Assembly (NCBI RefSeq): GCF_004010195.1
Contig: NW_025215023.1
Location: 21,245 to 59,028, forward strand
Length of the DNA: 37,784 nucleotides
From: Chiloscyllium plagiosum
Lineage: Eukaryota
Reading direction: 5' to 3'
In this document: piece by piece, positions 1 to 11,790 of the stretch
How positions within the stretch are numbered: the stretch's first letter is position 1
How the letters are laid out: each line of letters starts with the position of its first letter
Notes under the pieces: model-generated
The model's input: only the letters and a program-made list of their open reading frames with translations
Told to the model about the DNA's origin: nothing
Databases searched by the model: none
Position numbers and translations under genes: made by a program

Positions 1-162
1 ACACAGACTCTCTCTTGCACAGACAGATACACACACGTTCACATACACACACACACACACAGATCAACACACACATACACACAGACTCTCTCTCACACAA
101 ATGGATAACGCAATTGCACATACAGACACACACAGACCAACACACAGACTCTCTCTCGCACA
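1..162. repeat. CA-rich degenerate microsatellite
   Basis: (CA)n runs interspersed with CAGACTCTCTCT. Confidence 0.85.
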
Positions 163-292
163 GTTGAGAGTGCCAGCTGATACCAGGGTGATAGGTGCTT
201 TAGTCTCGCGTGGGCTCCCAAAAGTACAGATACTGGTTCAGCTTTAGCAGCGACCTGTTGGGTTTCCTGTCCACCCTCCTCACAGTAAACTA

Positions 293-412
293 GGAGAAAG
301 TGAAGACTGCACATGCTGGAGATCCTGATGAAGGACTTATGCCCGAATCGTCGACTCTCCTGCTCCTCGGATGCTGCCCGACCTGCTGTGCTTTTCCAGC
401 GCCTGACTTTCT
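293..412. mobile_element. Penelope-like element pseudo-LTR remnant (two oppositely oriented pieces) with degenerate hammerhead core at 325-352 (+)
   Basis: GAGAAAGTGAAGACTGCACATGCTGGAGATC joined to CTGATGA-A-GGAC-TTAT-GCCC-GAAT-CGTC. Same family recurs at 4810, 8298, 13000, 13730 and 36333. Confidence 0.75.
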
Positions 413-783
413 GACACCTCACAGGGCACGGAGAGGCAGAGACCGAACACCGGTTTGACCCACATCTGAAAACCCGCATCACTCTGACCTCGGTCCTCCA
501 GCTCCAGAGAGCAGACGGTGCGCATGTGCACTGACCCGGAGACTGGGCTCCTTGTCAATCCCAAACCGTCCTGGAGAAGCAGCTCAGAAAACAGGCCTTT
601 CCCTAAATACCGGGAAATATCAGCACCAACAATTCCCACAACACAACACCTCCCAGCTCCATCCCCACCCCTCCCAGACACAGAGACACACGCGATAAAA
701 CATAAAAGGAGAAAAAGAGACAAAGGCAGAGACCACGTAGTCAGAGAACGATTCTGCACAGTTACTGCATTCGCTCTCTGACT

Positions 784-1187
784 CTATGTGCACACTCACA
801 ATGGCACAAATACTTACACACATATATATATGCACAGTCTCATCAGCGCAAACACATACTCATACTCACACATTGACACATACGGCCAAACACACATGTG
901 AAAATGCACTCTCACACAAAACTGACACACACTTCCACAGAGGCACATACACAGGAGCTGGCACACATACTCGTTTTCAGAAATTCTCTCTCACACACAC
1001 ATTCAGAAAAGCTCACACACAAATACACACACACTCAGACACACACAGGCACATTCAGACATAGACGAGACACACACGCACACACACGCGCACACACACA
1101 CGTACACACACACACACACACACAAATACACACTGACAGACACGCACACAAGAACAGGCACGCGCGCACACACACAAACTCATCTCA
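784..1187. repeat. Degenerate (CA)n-rich low-complexity tract
   Basis: Interrupted CA dinucleotide runs; explains the His/Thr-rich ORFs. Confidence 0.85.
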
Positions 1188-1536
1188 CAGGAGTTATCAA
1201 TTGTGGGCTTTATCTCACATATACTGTGCTACATCTGAAAGCCCAAATGCGATGAAAGCTCCTGGCTTTGGTCCAAATGAAAATTGGACGGCAAATGTTT
1301 GGTGTGAAAGCTTCTGGGGGTTATTTTGGTAAACGATGAAAACAAGTGCTAAATAGGTGCTGTGTTAATCAGCCATCCCTGTTTGAAAATCTGGTTTGAA
1401 CGCACAGTTCTGAGGCTAATTGCTGATTACCATAACTGGCACTCGCCTGCTGGGGTTAGACAGAAGCCTCCAATCTGCGTGCAAATCCTGATAGAGATGC
1501 TGTTTCTGTGGAGCACCCGCTCCAGAGAAATTGTGA

Positions 1537-1552
1537 CACACACACACACACA

Positions 1553-1588
<36 letters not shown>
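1537..1588. repeat. (CA)n microsatellite
   Basis: Near-perfect CA run. Confidence 0.95.
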
Positions 1589-1590
<2 letters not shown>

Positions 1591-1683
1591 GACACCCAAC
1601 CTCCTGCAGACTATGCCACTTTGGCAGGAAGTGCAGAAGGGTTGAATATTATTGAGATGGAAAAAGGCAGCATATAAATGATT

Positions 1684-2394
1684 TGAGAGTCATCCAGCAC
1701 AGAAACAGACCCTTCAGTCCAACTCGTCAAAGCTGACCAACTTTCCCAAATTAAACTATAGTCCCATTTGCCTGCCTTTGATCCATTTCCCTCTAAGAAT
1801 TCATAAAAGATTTACAAGGATGTTGCCAGGGTTGGAGGGTTTGAGCTACAGGGAGAGGCTGAACAGGCTGGGGCTGTTTTCCCTGGAGTGTCGGAGGCTG
1901 AGGGGTGACCTTATAGAGGTTTATAAAATCATGAGGGTCATGGATAGGATAAATAGACAAAAAGTCTTTTCCCTGGGTTGGGGGGAGTCCAGAACTAGAG
2001 GGCATAGGTTTAGGGTGAGAGGGGAAAGATATAAAAGAGACCTGAGGGGTAACCTTTTCACACAGAGGGTGGTACGTGTATGGAATGAGCTGCCAGAGGA
2101 AGTGGTGGAGGCTGGTACAATTAAAACATTTAAGAGGCATTTGGATGGGTATATGAACAGGAAGGGTTTGGAGGGATATGGGCCGGGTGCTTGCAGGTGG
2201 GACTAGATTGGGTTGGGATATCTGGTCGGCATGGACGGGTTGGACCAAAGGGTCTGTTTCCATGCTGTACATCTCTATGACTCTATGACTCTATAAACCT
2301 TTCCTGTCCATGTATCTATCCAAATGTCTTTTAAATGTTGTAACTGCCCTTGCATCCACCACTTCCTCTGGCAGCTCATTTGGTACATAAACCA
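1684..2394 (-). mobile_element. Older CR1-type LINE 3' end (pieces 1684-1795 and 2294-2394) split by a younger insertion
   Basis: ...CCATTTCCCTCTA (1795) continues as AAACCTTTCCTGTCCATG (~2296), collinear with the minus-strand CR1 copies at 15774 and 26150. Confidence 0.75.
1800..2293 (+). mobile_element. CR1/HER1-type LINE, 5'-truncated 3' end with ORF2 C-terminus and (CTATGACT)n tail
   Basis: Peptide KRFTRMLPGLEGLSYRERLNRLGLFSLECRRLRGDLIEVYKIM...FTQRVVRVWNELPEEVVEAG; tail CTCTATGACTCTATGACTCTA. Confidence 0.95.
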
Positions 2395-2677
2395 CAAAAA
2401 GTTTGTATCCACATTCAGCAGGGAGGGCAAGTGGCCTTTATTTGGAAGGGAATGGTGAATAAAGATAGGGAGGTTTCGCCAAAACTGTACAGAGCACCAG
2501 TCATATCCCACCTGCAATACTATTGACAGTTTGGGACCTCTTTTCTAGAGAAAGATTGTTTGGAGTCCAGTGAGCGTTCACTCAGCTGGTACTGGGACTG
2601 TCTTAGGGGAAGAAGTTGTCTCGGTAAGGCTTGTGTTCACCGGAAATGAGGAGAATGAATTATTAAAACATGCCAGA

Positions 2678-2887
2678 TTCTGGATGTCGGTTTGCTCGCT
2701 GAGCTGGAAGGTTCATTTTCAGACGTTTCGTCACCCTACTAGGTAACATCTTCAGTGGGCCTCAGGCGAAGCATCAGTGCTTTGTCCGGAGGCCCACTCA
2801 AGGTGTTACCTAGTTTGGTGACGAAACGTCTGAAAATGAACCTTCCAGCTCAGCGAGCAAACCTACACCCAGAACCTCAACCTGAGC
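2678..2887. mobile_element. Penelope-like pseudo-LTRs in inverted arrangement (arms ~2678-2763 and ~2789-2874)
   Basis: ~86-bp imperfect inverted repeat, each arm carrying a hammerhead-like core. Confidence 0.8.
2720..2757 (-). ncRNA. Minimal type I hammerhead ribozyme motif, intact core
   Basis: Minus strand reads CA-CTGAAGA-T-GTTACC-TAGTAG-GGTGAC-GAAA-CGTC-TG: CUGANGA, 6-bp stem II, GAAA, palindromic ACGU stem III, GUC site, 2-bp stem I. Confidence 0.75.
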
Positions 2888-2904
2888 CACACACCTTGCT
2901 AATG

Positions 2905-3215
2905 CAAGGTTCTCTGGGGACTTGGCAGGGGAGATGCGAAGAGGTTGGTTCCGCTTTGTGGGAGAGTCGAGGATCAGAGGGGCATCACCTCAGAGATGAG
3001 GAGGAATTGCTTCTCTCTGAGGGGAGTGAGTCTGAGGAACTCTTTACTGGAGAGGGCTGTGGAAGTTAGGTGACTAAGTGTATTCAAGGCTGAGATGGAG
3101 AGATGTTTCATCAGGAAGGGAAGTAAGGAAAAAGGCAGGAAAATGGGGTGGAGGATTATCAGATCAGAGTGGAGCCGACTTAATGGGCTCCTTCTGCTTT
3201 AAGATCTGATTGGCC
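2905..3215 (+). mobile_element. Degenerate CR1-type LINE 3' fragment
   Basis: GATGAGGAGGAATTGCTTCTCTCTGAGG...TATTCAAGGCTGAGATGGAGAGATG, collinear with the CR1 ends at 22431 and 27438. Confidence 0.7.
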
Positions 3216-3705
3216 AGGGAAACGCATGGCCTCCCCGAACATACAGGAGGAAGCCCCAGTGTTGGCGATGAGCATGCTCTGTGTGCTGGCTCTGTCACCT
3301 TTAACACTGAGGATTGGCGTGGGCACTAAGCCTATGGTGGGGCTTGGCTCTGGCTGTGTACCCCACTGGGTGGGAACGTCATTCAGACTGAGGGAAGGGG
3401 ATCCTCCTGCTTTCTGTCTGAAACAGGAAAACTCCTATCGCTGCAGGAGAGCCCACTGGATCTCCCACAGCTGATTGGCTGCTGGCTGGATTCCCACGGG
3501 TGTTCGGGACCGGTGACCAAAGGTCGGCAACTCCTGGCATTCCCAAAATTAATACCCCCGTCCCAACCCTGTCCTGGGATCCCAGCAAAGACAATCACCC
3601 AGGGTGGGGGAGGGTGTCAAGGGAACTGAAGCCAGGGCTGGGAGAGTAACCCTCAGAGGGTGACCCTCAAGATGCCAATGCCCCATCTCTCCCCCTCACC
3701 CTCTA

Positions 3706-3828
3706 CGCACACCCCTCCCACACACCCCTCCCACATACCCCTCCCACACACACACCCCTCCCACACACACACACACCTCTCTCTCACACACACACACACC
3801 TCTCTCTCACACACACACACACATACAC
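3706..3828. repeat. CA/CT-rich microsatellite running into assembly gap
   Basis: (CA)n and (CT)n blocks. Confidence 0.85.
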
Positions 3829-4390
3829 NNNNNNNNNNNNNNNNNNNNNNNNNNNNNNNNNNNNNNNNNNNNNNNNNNNNNNNNNNNNNNNNNNNNNNNN
3901 NNNNNNNNNNNNNNNNNNNNNNNNNNNNNNNNNNNNNNNNNNNNNNNNNNNNNNNNNNNNNNNNNNNNNNNNNNNNNNNNNNNNNNNNNNNNNNNNNNNN
4001 NNNNNNNNNNNNNNNNNNNNNNNNNNNNNNNNNNNNNNNNNNNNNNNNNNNNNNNNNNNNNNNNNNNNNNNNNNNNNNNNNNNNNNNNNNNNNNNNNNNN
4101 NNNNNNNNNNNNNNNNNNNNNNNNNNNNNNNNNNNNNNNNNNNNNNNNNNNNNNNNNNNNNNNNNNNNNNNNNNNNNNNNNNNNNNNNNNNNNNNNNNNN
4201 NNNNNNNNNNNNNNNNNNNNNNNNNNNNNNNNNNNNNNNNNNNNNNNNNNNNNNNNNNNNNNNNNNNNNNNNNNNNNNNNNNNNNNNNNNNNNNNNNNNN
4301 NNNNNNNNNNNNNNNNNNNNNNNNNNNNNNNNNNNNNNNNNNNNNNNNNNNNNNNNNNNNNNNNNNNNNNNNNNNNNNNNNNNNNNNNNN
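3829..4390. other. Assembly gap (N)
   Basis: N run. Confidence 1.
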
Positions 4391-4809
4391 CTACCCTCCC
4401 CTCCTGTCCCCTGGAACCCCCTCCCCCACACACCTCCCCATCCCCCAATGCTCTGGTGTCCGAGCAGCGTCCTGAAGGAGTAGGCCCGAGGTCCTCGAAT
4501 AGATCCCCCGGGCCTTCCTTGGTGATGGGTTCAGACGATGGAGCTTGGCCTCTTCGTGCTCCCAATTTCAAAAGCAACACCCTGACAGGTATGGGAGGCT
4601 GGGGTGACTCAGCTCTGTCACCGTCCCGATCAATTCAGTCCCCCCCCCACCCGCACCCCCACTCCATCCTCCAGCTCCAGGATGAGGAATATTCTGCCAT
4701 TTGTCTCCGTCTGTCCCCGACTCGGACTTGGGTCCAACCTCCACCCGTGAAATGCATCCAATCAAATCCTTCACAAAGTCAGCCTCTGTTTTGACTAATC
4801 CCCTCTGGC

Positions 4810-5130
4810 AGAAAGTCAGGATTGCAGATACTGGAGTAGCAGAGTCAAAACGTGTGACGCTGGAAAAGCACAGAGGGTCGGGCAGCATCCCGAGGAGCAG
4901 GAGAGTCGACGTTTCGGGCAAATGCCCTTAGAGAGAGAAGGAGAGCTTCTTCAAGGTAGGCATCCTTGTGAGAGGCTTCGCAATGAGGTTAAAATCACCG
5001 AGGAGATACTGAGGACAGCAGATGCTGGAGATCAGAGTTGAGAGTGTGGTGCTGGGAAAGCGCAGCCAGTCAGGCAGCATCCTCCTGATCAGCCAGTTCT
5101 CCTGCTCCTCGGATGCTGCCTGACCTCTGT
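4810..5130. mobile_element. Penelope-like remnant: two tandem pseudo-LTR pieces, short internal segment and inverted tail
   Basis: Two copies of (A/G)CTGCAGAT(A/G)CTGGAG...GCTGG(A/G)AAAGC...GGCAGCATCC with some mismatches; GTCGACGTTTCGGGCAAATGCCCTT is a truncated antisense hammerhead. Confidence 0.75.
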
Positions 5131-5835
5131 CAGCCAATCGGCCGTCCGGTCGCTGAGAGAGATCCAGCGATCCGTCTGATCCTGAAATTCCTCTCGCTTT
5201 CCAGACCCCAGTTGGAATCCCCGAGTCTGAAACTCGTGATTCATTGGCTCGCTCTCCCTCAGGCAGCTTGGAGGGGGAACATAAAACCCAATATAAAGCC
5301 TAGTGATGAAAATAAAAGGATAAGAAAGCAGACATTTCCACTTTGAAAATGACCGTGATCACCTCAGAAACCATGCGTTTTTTTTTTGAGGAGGGCATGT
5401 TGTGTATCTGAAGGGTATGAGAACTTTCACAGGAGTGCAGGATGCACGTACAATATCCAGGGACTCTGAGCAGGAACGGGGATTAACGGAGATAATCTCC
5501 CGTGTCCCACAGGAGAGCCAGAACTGTGCAGGAAGCTAGAGGAGAAACGAGAAATGAGTTGGGATGAGCTGACAGCCTTTCGACAAGGCGGACAGATCAA
5601 TAAGGGCTGAGCAACCCGATCGATGGTAAAGAGAGACTTAAAATGCCTTGACTCTCTCTCTTTGAGCTTCAATCGTACAGAACCAGTGTAAAAAAAAAAC
5701 TAACTGAGGCAGCTTCTTCAAAATAAAAAGCCCTGAGTACAGACCAGGGACTTGCTGCAACTCCTGCTGACACATCTGAGTTTTCAATCTCTGATCGCCT
5801 CGAATTTAAAACATTCCATTCGCCTTTGCAAATCA

Positions 5836-6244
5836 CTCTCTCTCTTTCAGTTAACACTGATTTGGAAGATGCCGTGTTGGACTGGGGTGTACAAAGTTAA
5901 AAATCATACAACGTCAGGTTATAGTCCAACAGGTTTATTTGGAAGCACTAGCTTTCGGAACGCTGCTCCTTCATCAAGTGTCCACCATAAACCACCTGAT
6001 GAAGGAGCGTCGCTCCAATAGCTAGTGCTTCCAATTAAACCTGTTGGACTATAACCTGGTGTTGTGTGATTTTTAACTCAGTTAACATTGACTCTGTCTC
6101 TCAGTTAACGCTGATTCTCTCTCCCTCCCTCACATTTAACATTGACTCTCTCCCCCTCCTTCAGCGAACATGACTCTCTCTCCCTCAGTTAACCCCAACT
6201 CTCTCTCTCGGTTAACGCCAACTCTCTCTCTCTCTCCCTCTCTG

Positions 6245-6297
<53 letters not shown>

Positions 6298-6324
6298 GTT
6301 AACCCCAACACTCTCTCCTGGTTA
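5836..6324. repeat. Degenerate CTCAGTTAAC-based low-complexity repeat with (CT)n block, interrupted by a Penelope remnant
   Basis: Repeated CAGTTAAC(A/G/C) units separated by CT-rich stretches; (CT)n ~6222-6295. Confidence 0.7.
5859..6078. mobile_element. Penelope-like pseudo-LTRs in inverted arrangement (arms 5895-5980 and 5993-6078)
   Basis: 86-bp arms with 12-bp spacer. Cores are CAC-TTGATGA-A-GGAGC-AGC-GTTCC-GAAA-GCTA-GTG (-) and CAC-CTGATGA-A-GGAGC-GTC-GCTCC-AATA-GCTA-GTG (+). Confidence 0.85.
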
Positions 6325-8297
6325 ACAGTCCCACCCTGACTGACCACAGTCCCGCTCTGACTGACCACAGTCCCACCCTGACTGACCACAGTCCCGCTCT
6401 GACTGACCACAGTCCCACCCTGACTGACCACAGTCCCGCTCTGACTGACCACAGTCCCACCCTGACTGACCACAGTCCCGCTCTGACTGACCACAGTCCC
6501 ACCCTGACTGACCACAGTCCCGCTCTGACTGACCACAGTCCCACCCTGACTGACCACAGTCCCGCTCTGACTGACCACAGTCCCACCCTGACTGACCACA
6601 GTCCCGCTCTGACTGACCACAGTCCCACCCTGACTGACCACAGTCCCGCTCTGACTGACCACAGTCCCACCCTGACTGACCACAGTCCCGCTCTGACTGA
6701 CCACAGTCCCACCCTGACTGACCACAGTCCCGCTCTGACTGACCACAGTCCCACCCTGACTGACCACAGTCCCGCTCTGACTGACCACAGTCCCACCCTG
6801 ACTGACCACAGTCCCGCTCTGACTGACCACAGTCCCACCCTGACTGACCACAGTCCCGCTCTGACTGACCACAGTCCCACCCTGACTGACCACAGTCCCG
6901 CTCTGACTGACCACAGTCCCACCCTGACTGACCACAGTCCCGCTCTGACTGACCACAGTCCCACCCTGACTGACCACAGTCCTGTTCTGACTGACCACAG
7001 TCCCGCTCTAACTGACCACAGTCCCACCCTGACTGACCACAGTCCCGCTCTGACTGACCACAGTCCCACCCTGACTGACCACAGTCCCGCTCTAACTGAC
7101 CACAGTCCCACCCTGACTGACCACAGTCCCGCTCTGACTGACCACAGTCCCACCCTGACTGACCACAGTCCCCCTCAGACTGACCACAGTCCCACCCTGA
7201 CTGACCACAGTCACGCTCTGACTGACCACAGTCCCACCCTGACTGACCACAGTCCCGTTCTGACTGACCACAGTCCCGCTCTAACTGACCACAGTCCCAC
7301 CATGACTGACCACAGTCCCACCCTGACTGACCACAGTCCCGCTCTAACTGACCACAGTCCCACCCTGACTGACCACAGTCCCACCCTGACTGACCACAGT
7401 CCTGCTCTGACTGACCACAGTCCCACCCTGACTGACCACAGTCCCACCCTGACTGACCACAGTCCCGCTCTGACTGATCACAGTCCGGCTCTGACCGACC
7501 ACAGCTCCATCCTGACTGACCACATTCCCATCCTGACTGACCACAGTCCCTCTCTGACTGACCACAGTCCCATCCTGACTGACCATAGTCCCGCTCTGAC
7601 TGATCACAGACCCGCTCTGACTGACCACAGTTCCACTCAGACTGACCACAGCCCCGCTCTGACTGACCACAGTCCCATCCTGACTGACCACAGTCCCGCT
7701 CTGACTGATCACAGTCCCTCTCAGACTGACCACAGTCCCGCTCTGACTGATCACAGACCCGCTCTGACTGACCACAGTTCCACTCAGACTGACCACAGTG
7801 CCACCCTGACTGACCACAGTCCCGCTCTGACTGACCACAGTCCTGCTCTGACTGACCATAGTCCCACCCTGACTGACCACAGTCCCGCTCAGACTGACCA
7901 CAGTCCCACCCTGACTGACCACAGTCCCGCTCTGACTGACCACAGTCCCACCCTGACTGACCACAGTCCCACCCTGACTGACCACAGCCCGCTCAGACTG
8001 ACCACAGTCCCTCTCAGACTAACCACAGTCCTACCTTGACTGACCACAGTCCCTCTCTGACTGACCAGAGTCCTGCTCTGACTGACCACAGTTCCGCTCT
8101 GACCACAGTCCCACCCTGACTTACCACAGTCCCTCTCTGACTGACCACAGTCCCGCTCAGACTGACCACAGTCCCGCTCTGACTGACCACAGTCCCACCC
8201 TGACTGACCACAGTCCCACCCTGACTGACCACAGCCCGCTCAGACTGACCACAGTCCCTCTCTGACTGACCACAGTCCTACCTTGACTGATCACAGT

Positions 8298-8399
8298 TGA
8301 AACTTTATTGCTGGAACAGCACAGCAGGTCAGGCAGCATCCAGGGAACAGGAGATTCGACGTTTCGGGAACAGGCCCTTCTTCAGGAATGAGCAGAGAA
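8298..8399 (-). mobile_element. Penelope-like pseudo-LTR fragment inserted in the minisatellite
   Basis: Non-repeat 102-bp block flanked by TGATCACAGT at 8288-8297 and 8400-8409. Confidence 0.85.
8354..8389 (-). ncRNA. Minimal type I hammerhead ribozyme motif, intact core
   Basis: Minus strand reads ATTC-CTGAAGA-A-GGG-CCTGTT-CCC-GAAA-CGTC-GAAT: 4-bp stem I (ATTC/GAAT), 3-bp stem II, ACGU palindrome, GUC site. Confidence 0.75.
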
Positions 8400-10871
8400 T
8401 GATCACAGTCACTCTCTGACCACAGTCCTCCTCTGACTGACCACAGTCCCATTCTGTCTGACTGCAGCCCCTCTCTAACTGACCACAGTCCTGCTCAGAC
8501 TGACCACATTCCCACCCTGACTGACCACAGTCCCTCTCTGACCACAGTCCCCCTCTGACTGACCACAGACCCTCTCTGACTGATCACAGACTCTCTCTGT
8601 CTGACCACAGTCCCACCCTGACTGACCACAGTCCCGCTCTGACTGACCACAGTCCCCCTCTGACTGACCACATTCGCCCCTCTGACTGACCACAGTCGCG
8701 CTCTGACTGACCACAGTCCCAGTCTGACTGACCACAGTCCCCCTCTGACTGACTACATTGGCCCCTCTGACTGACCACAGTCTATCTCTGACTGACCACA
8801 GTCCCGCTCTGACTGACCACCGTCCCGCTCTGACTGACCACAGTCCCGCTCTGACTGACCACAGTCCTGCTCTGACTGACCACAGTCCCACTCTGACTGA
8901 CCACAGTCCCTCTCTAACTGACCACAGTCTCGCTCTGACTGACCACAGTCTCACCCTGACTGACCACAGAGCCTCTCTGACTCACCACAGTCCCCCTCTG
9001 ACTGACCACAGACCCTCTCTGACTGACCACAGCAGTCCCCCTCTGACTGACCACAGACCCTCTCTGACTGACCACAGACCCTCTCTGACTGACTATAGGC
9101 TCACCCTGACTGACCACAGTCTCGCTCTGACTGACCACAGTCCCACCCTGACTGACCACAGTCCCTCTCTGACTGATCACCGTCCCCTTGGCTGACCACA
9201 GTCCTACCCTGAATGACCAAAGTCCCTCTCTGACTGACCACAGTCCCGCTCTGACTGACCATCATCCCGCTCTGACCAGAGTCCCGTTCTGACTGACCAC
9301 AGTCCCCCTCTGACTGACCACAGTCCCACTCTGACTGACCAGTCTCGCTCTGACTGACCTCAGTCCCACCCTGACTGACCACAGTCCCCCTTTGACTGAC
9401 CATAGTCCCACCCTGACTGACACAGTCCCTCTCTGACTGACCACAGTCCCACTCTGACTGACCACAGTCCCGCTCTGACTGACCACAGTCCCCCTCAGAC
9501 TGACCACAGTCCCACCCTGACTGACACAGTCCCACTCTGACTGACCAGTCTCGCTCTGACTGACCTCAGTCCCACCCTGACTGACCACAGTCCCTCTTTG
9601 ACTGACCATAGTCGCACCCTGACTGATACAGTCCCTCTCTGACTGACCACAGTCCCACTCTGACTGACCACAGTCCCGCTCAGACTGACCACAGTCCCCC
9701 TCAGACTGACCACAGTCCCACCCTGACTGATCACAGTCCCTCTCTGACTGACCACAGTCCCCCTCAGACTGACCACAGTCCCACCCTGACTGACCACAGT
9801 CCCTCTCTGACTGACTACAGTCCCCCTCAGACTGACCACAGTCCCACCCTGACTGATCACAGTCCCTCTCTGACTGACCCCAGTCCCCCTCAGACTGACC
9901 ACAGTCCCACCCTGACTGACCACAGTCCCTCTCTGACTGACCACAGTCCCCCTCAGACTGACCACAGTCCCACCCAGACTGACCACAGTCCCCCTCAGAC
10001 TGACCACAGTCCCACCCTGACTGATCACAGTCCCTCTCTGACTGACCACAGTCCCCCTCAGACTGACCACAGTTCCACTCTGACTGACCACAGACCCTCT
10101 CTGACTGACCACCGACCCTCTCTGACTGACCACAGTCTCACCCTGACTGACCACAGTCTCGCTCTGACTGACCACAGTCTCACCCTGACTGACCACAGAC
10201 CCTCTCTGACTGACTACAGTCCCACCCTGACTGACCACAGACCCTCTCTGACTGACTATAGTCTCACCCTGACTGACCACAGACCCTCTCTGACTGACTA
10301 TAGTCTCACCCTGACTGACCACAGTCTCGCTCTGACTGACCACAGTCCCACCCTGACTGACCACAGTCCCTCTCTGACTGACTATAGTCCCACCCTGACT
10401 GACCACAGTCTCGCTCTGACTCACCACAGTCCCCCTCTGACTGACCACAGACCCTCTCTGACTGACCACAGTCCCACCCTGACTGACCACAGTCCCACCC
10501 TGACTGAACACAGTCCCACCCTGACTGACCACAGTCCCGCTCTAACTGACCACAGTCCCACCCTGACTGACCACAGTCCCACCCTGACTGACCACAGTCC
10601 CGCTCTGACTGACCACAGTCCCACCCTGACTGACCACAGTCCTGCTCTAACTGACCACAGTCCCACCCTGACTAACCACAGTCCCGCTCTAACTGACCAC
10701 AGTCCCACCCTGACTGACCACAGTCTCACCCTGACTGACCACAGTCCCACCCTGACTGACCACAGTCTCACTCTGACTGAGATTTGCATCAATTAATTAA
10801 ATCTATGCACTAATTGCATTGAAATCCCCCCAGCATCAGCCTGTTAGTCTGGATCCATGATCTGGTATGGC

Positions 10872-11082
10872 NNNNNNNNNNNNNNNNNNNNNNNNNNNNN
10901 NNNNNNNNNNNNNNNNNNNNNNNNNNNNNNNNNNNNNNNNNNNNNNNNNNNNNNNNNNNNNNNNNNNNNNNNNNNNNNNNNNNNNNNNNNNNNNNNNNNN
11001 NNNNNNNNNNNNNNNNNNNNNNNNNNNNNNNNNNNNNNNNNNNNNNNNNNNNNNNNNNNNNNNNNNNNNNNNNNNNNNNNNN
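10872..11082. other. Assembly gap (N)
   Basis: N run. Confidence 1.
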
Positions 11083-11270
11083 CCACCCCCAACCCCTTCC
11101 CCTCCATCTCTGAGTCACCCTGTAATCCAATGGTGCTATCCTCCATTGTGGACCCTGTATGGGCTGAGTCTCGTGGGTCCAATGATTGTTCTAGAACATC
11201 CTTCTCAGTATCAGCACCTTCGAGCCACCAGATACTTCCTCCCTTCTGAATTCGGAGTGGGCGACTCCCA

Positions 11271-11650
11271 AGAATTCAGGAGCAGGAGAAGTCCATTCGG
11301 CCCATCGAACTTGCTCTGGCATCCGATTTGACCAACCACTTTCCCGCCGACTCCTTATTTTCCGTTGACTCCCTGAGAGACCAAAGCCCTGCCTGAGGCA
11401 GCTGAAACTCCACGACCCTTGAGGTCGGGGGTCACAGCCCTTGGGGGCTTATCCTTGTCTCAGTCCTGAGAGATCGCAGCCTCAACCCGAGACCATGCCC
11501 CATGTGTCCCAATCTCCCCCCGCCCCTACTCCCACAACCCCCTGGATCAAGCTGCCATCTACTCTACCTAGCCCCTTGTAGGCCTCAATAAAATGGCCTC
11601 TCATTCTTCGACAGCCAAGAAAGTGCAGGCCCGGCCTCCTCATTATGATC
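11271..11650 (-). mobile_element. Degenerate CR1-type LINE 3' end
   Basis: AGGAGCAGGAGAAGTCCATTCGGCCCATCGAACTTGCTC is the reverse complement of the CR1 3' stem-loop region, followed by diverged ORF2 end. Confidence 0.6.
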
Positions 11651-11672
11651 CATGCCCCTCAGTCGCTGACCA

Positions 11673-11778
11673 ATAGAGTAGAATAGAATCCCCTACAGTG
11701 CGGAAACAGGCCCTTCGGCCCAACACGTCCACGCCGACCCCACGAAGAGCAACCCACCCACCCCACATTTACCCCTGG
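11673..11778 (-). mobile_element. HE1-type SINE 3' fragment
   Basis: TAGAATCCCCTACAGTGCGGAAACAGGCCCTTCGGCCCAAC matches the 3' ends of the other HE1 copies. Confidence 0.8.
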
Positions 11779-11790
11779 CATTTATCCCAA

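Larger units (their letters stand above)
6325..10780. repeat. ~4.45-kb minisatellite, 21-bp unit ACAGTCCC(A/G/T/C)C(C/T)CTGACTGACC, roughly 200 copies
   Basis: Directly visible tandem array; 6325-~6980 is a perfect alternating 42-bp dimer and the rest is variant-rich. Confidence 0.98.

Noticed and set aside
786..1655. His/Thr-rich ORFs
   Set aside because: Translations of (CA)n microsatellites
3660..4580. ORFs spanning N runs (also 10810-11331, 15968-16792, 26436-26944)
   Set aside because: They are open only because N translates as X
4434..4581. Possible minus-strand exon (VLLLKLGARRG...)
   Set aside because: Weak donor, no recognisable protein, antisense to the meis gene and no partner exons
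6325..6980. Perfect 42-bp dimer block as evidence of very recent expansion
   Set aside because: It could equally be an assembler consensus artefact in a gapped assembly; cannot be decided without reads
6189..10792. Long ORFs (TVVSQGG)n, (GLWSVRV)n and (TDHSPAL)n
   Set aside because: These follow from a 21-bp unit (multiple of 3) lacking stops in several frames on both strands; there is no unique coding flank
11118..11246. Possible minus-strand exon (KGGSIWWLEGADTEKD...)
   Set aside because: Poor polypyrimidine tract and no recognisable homology
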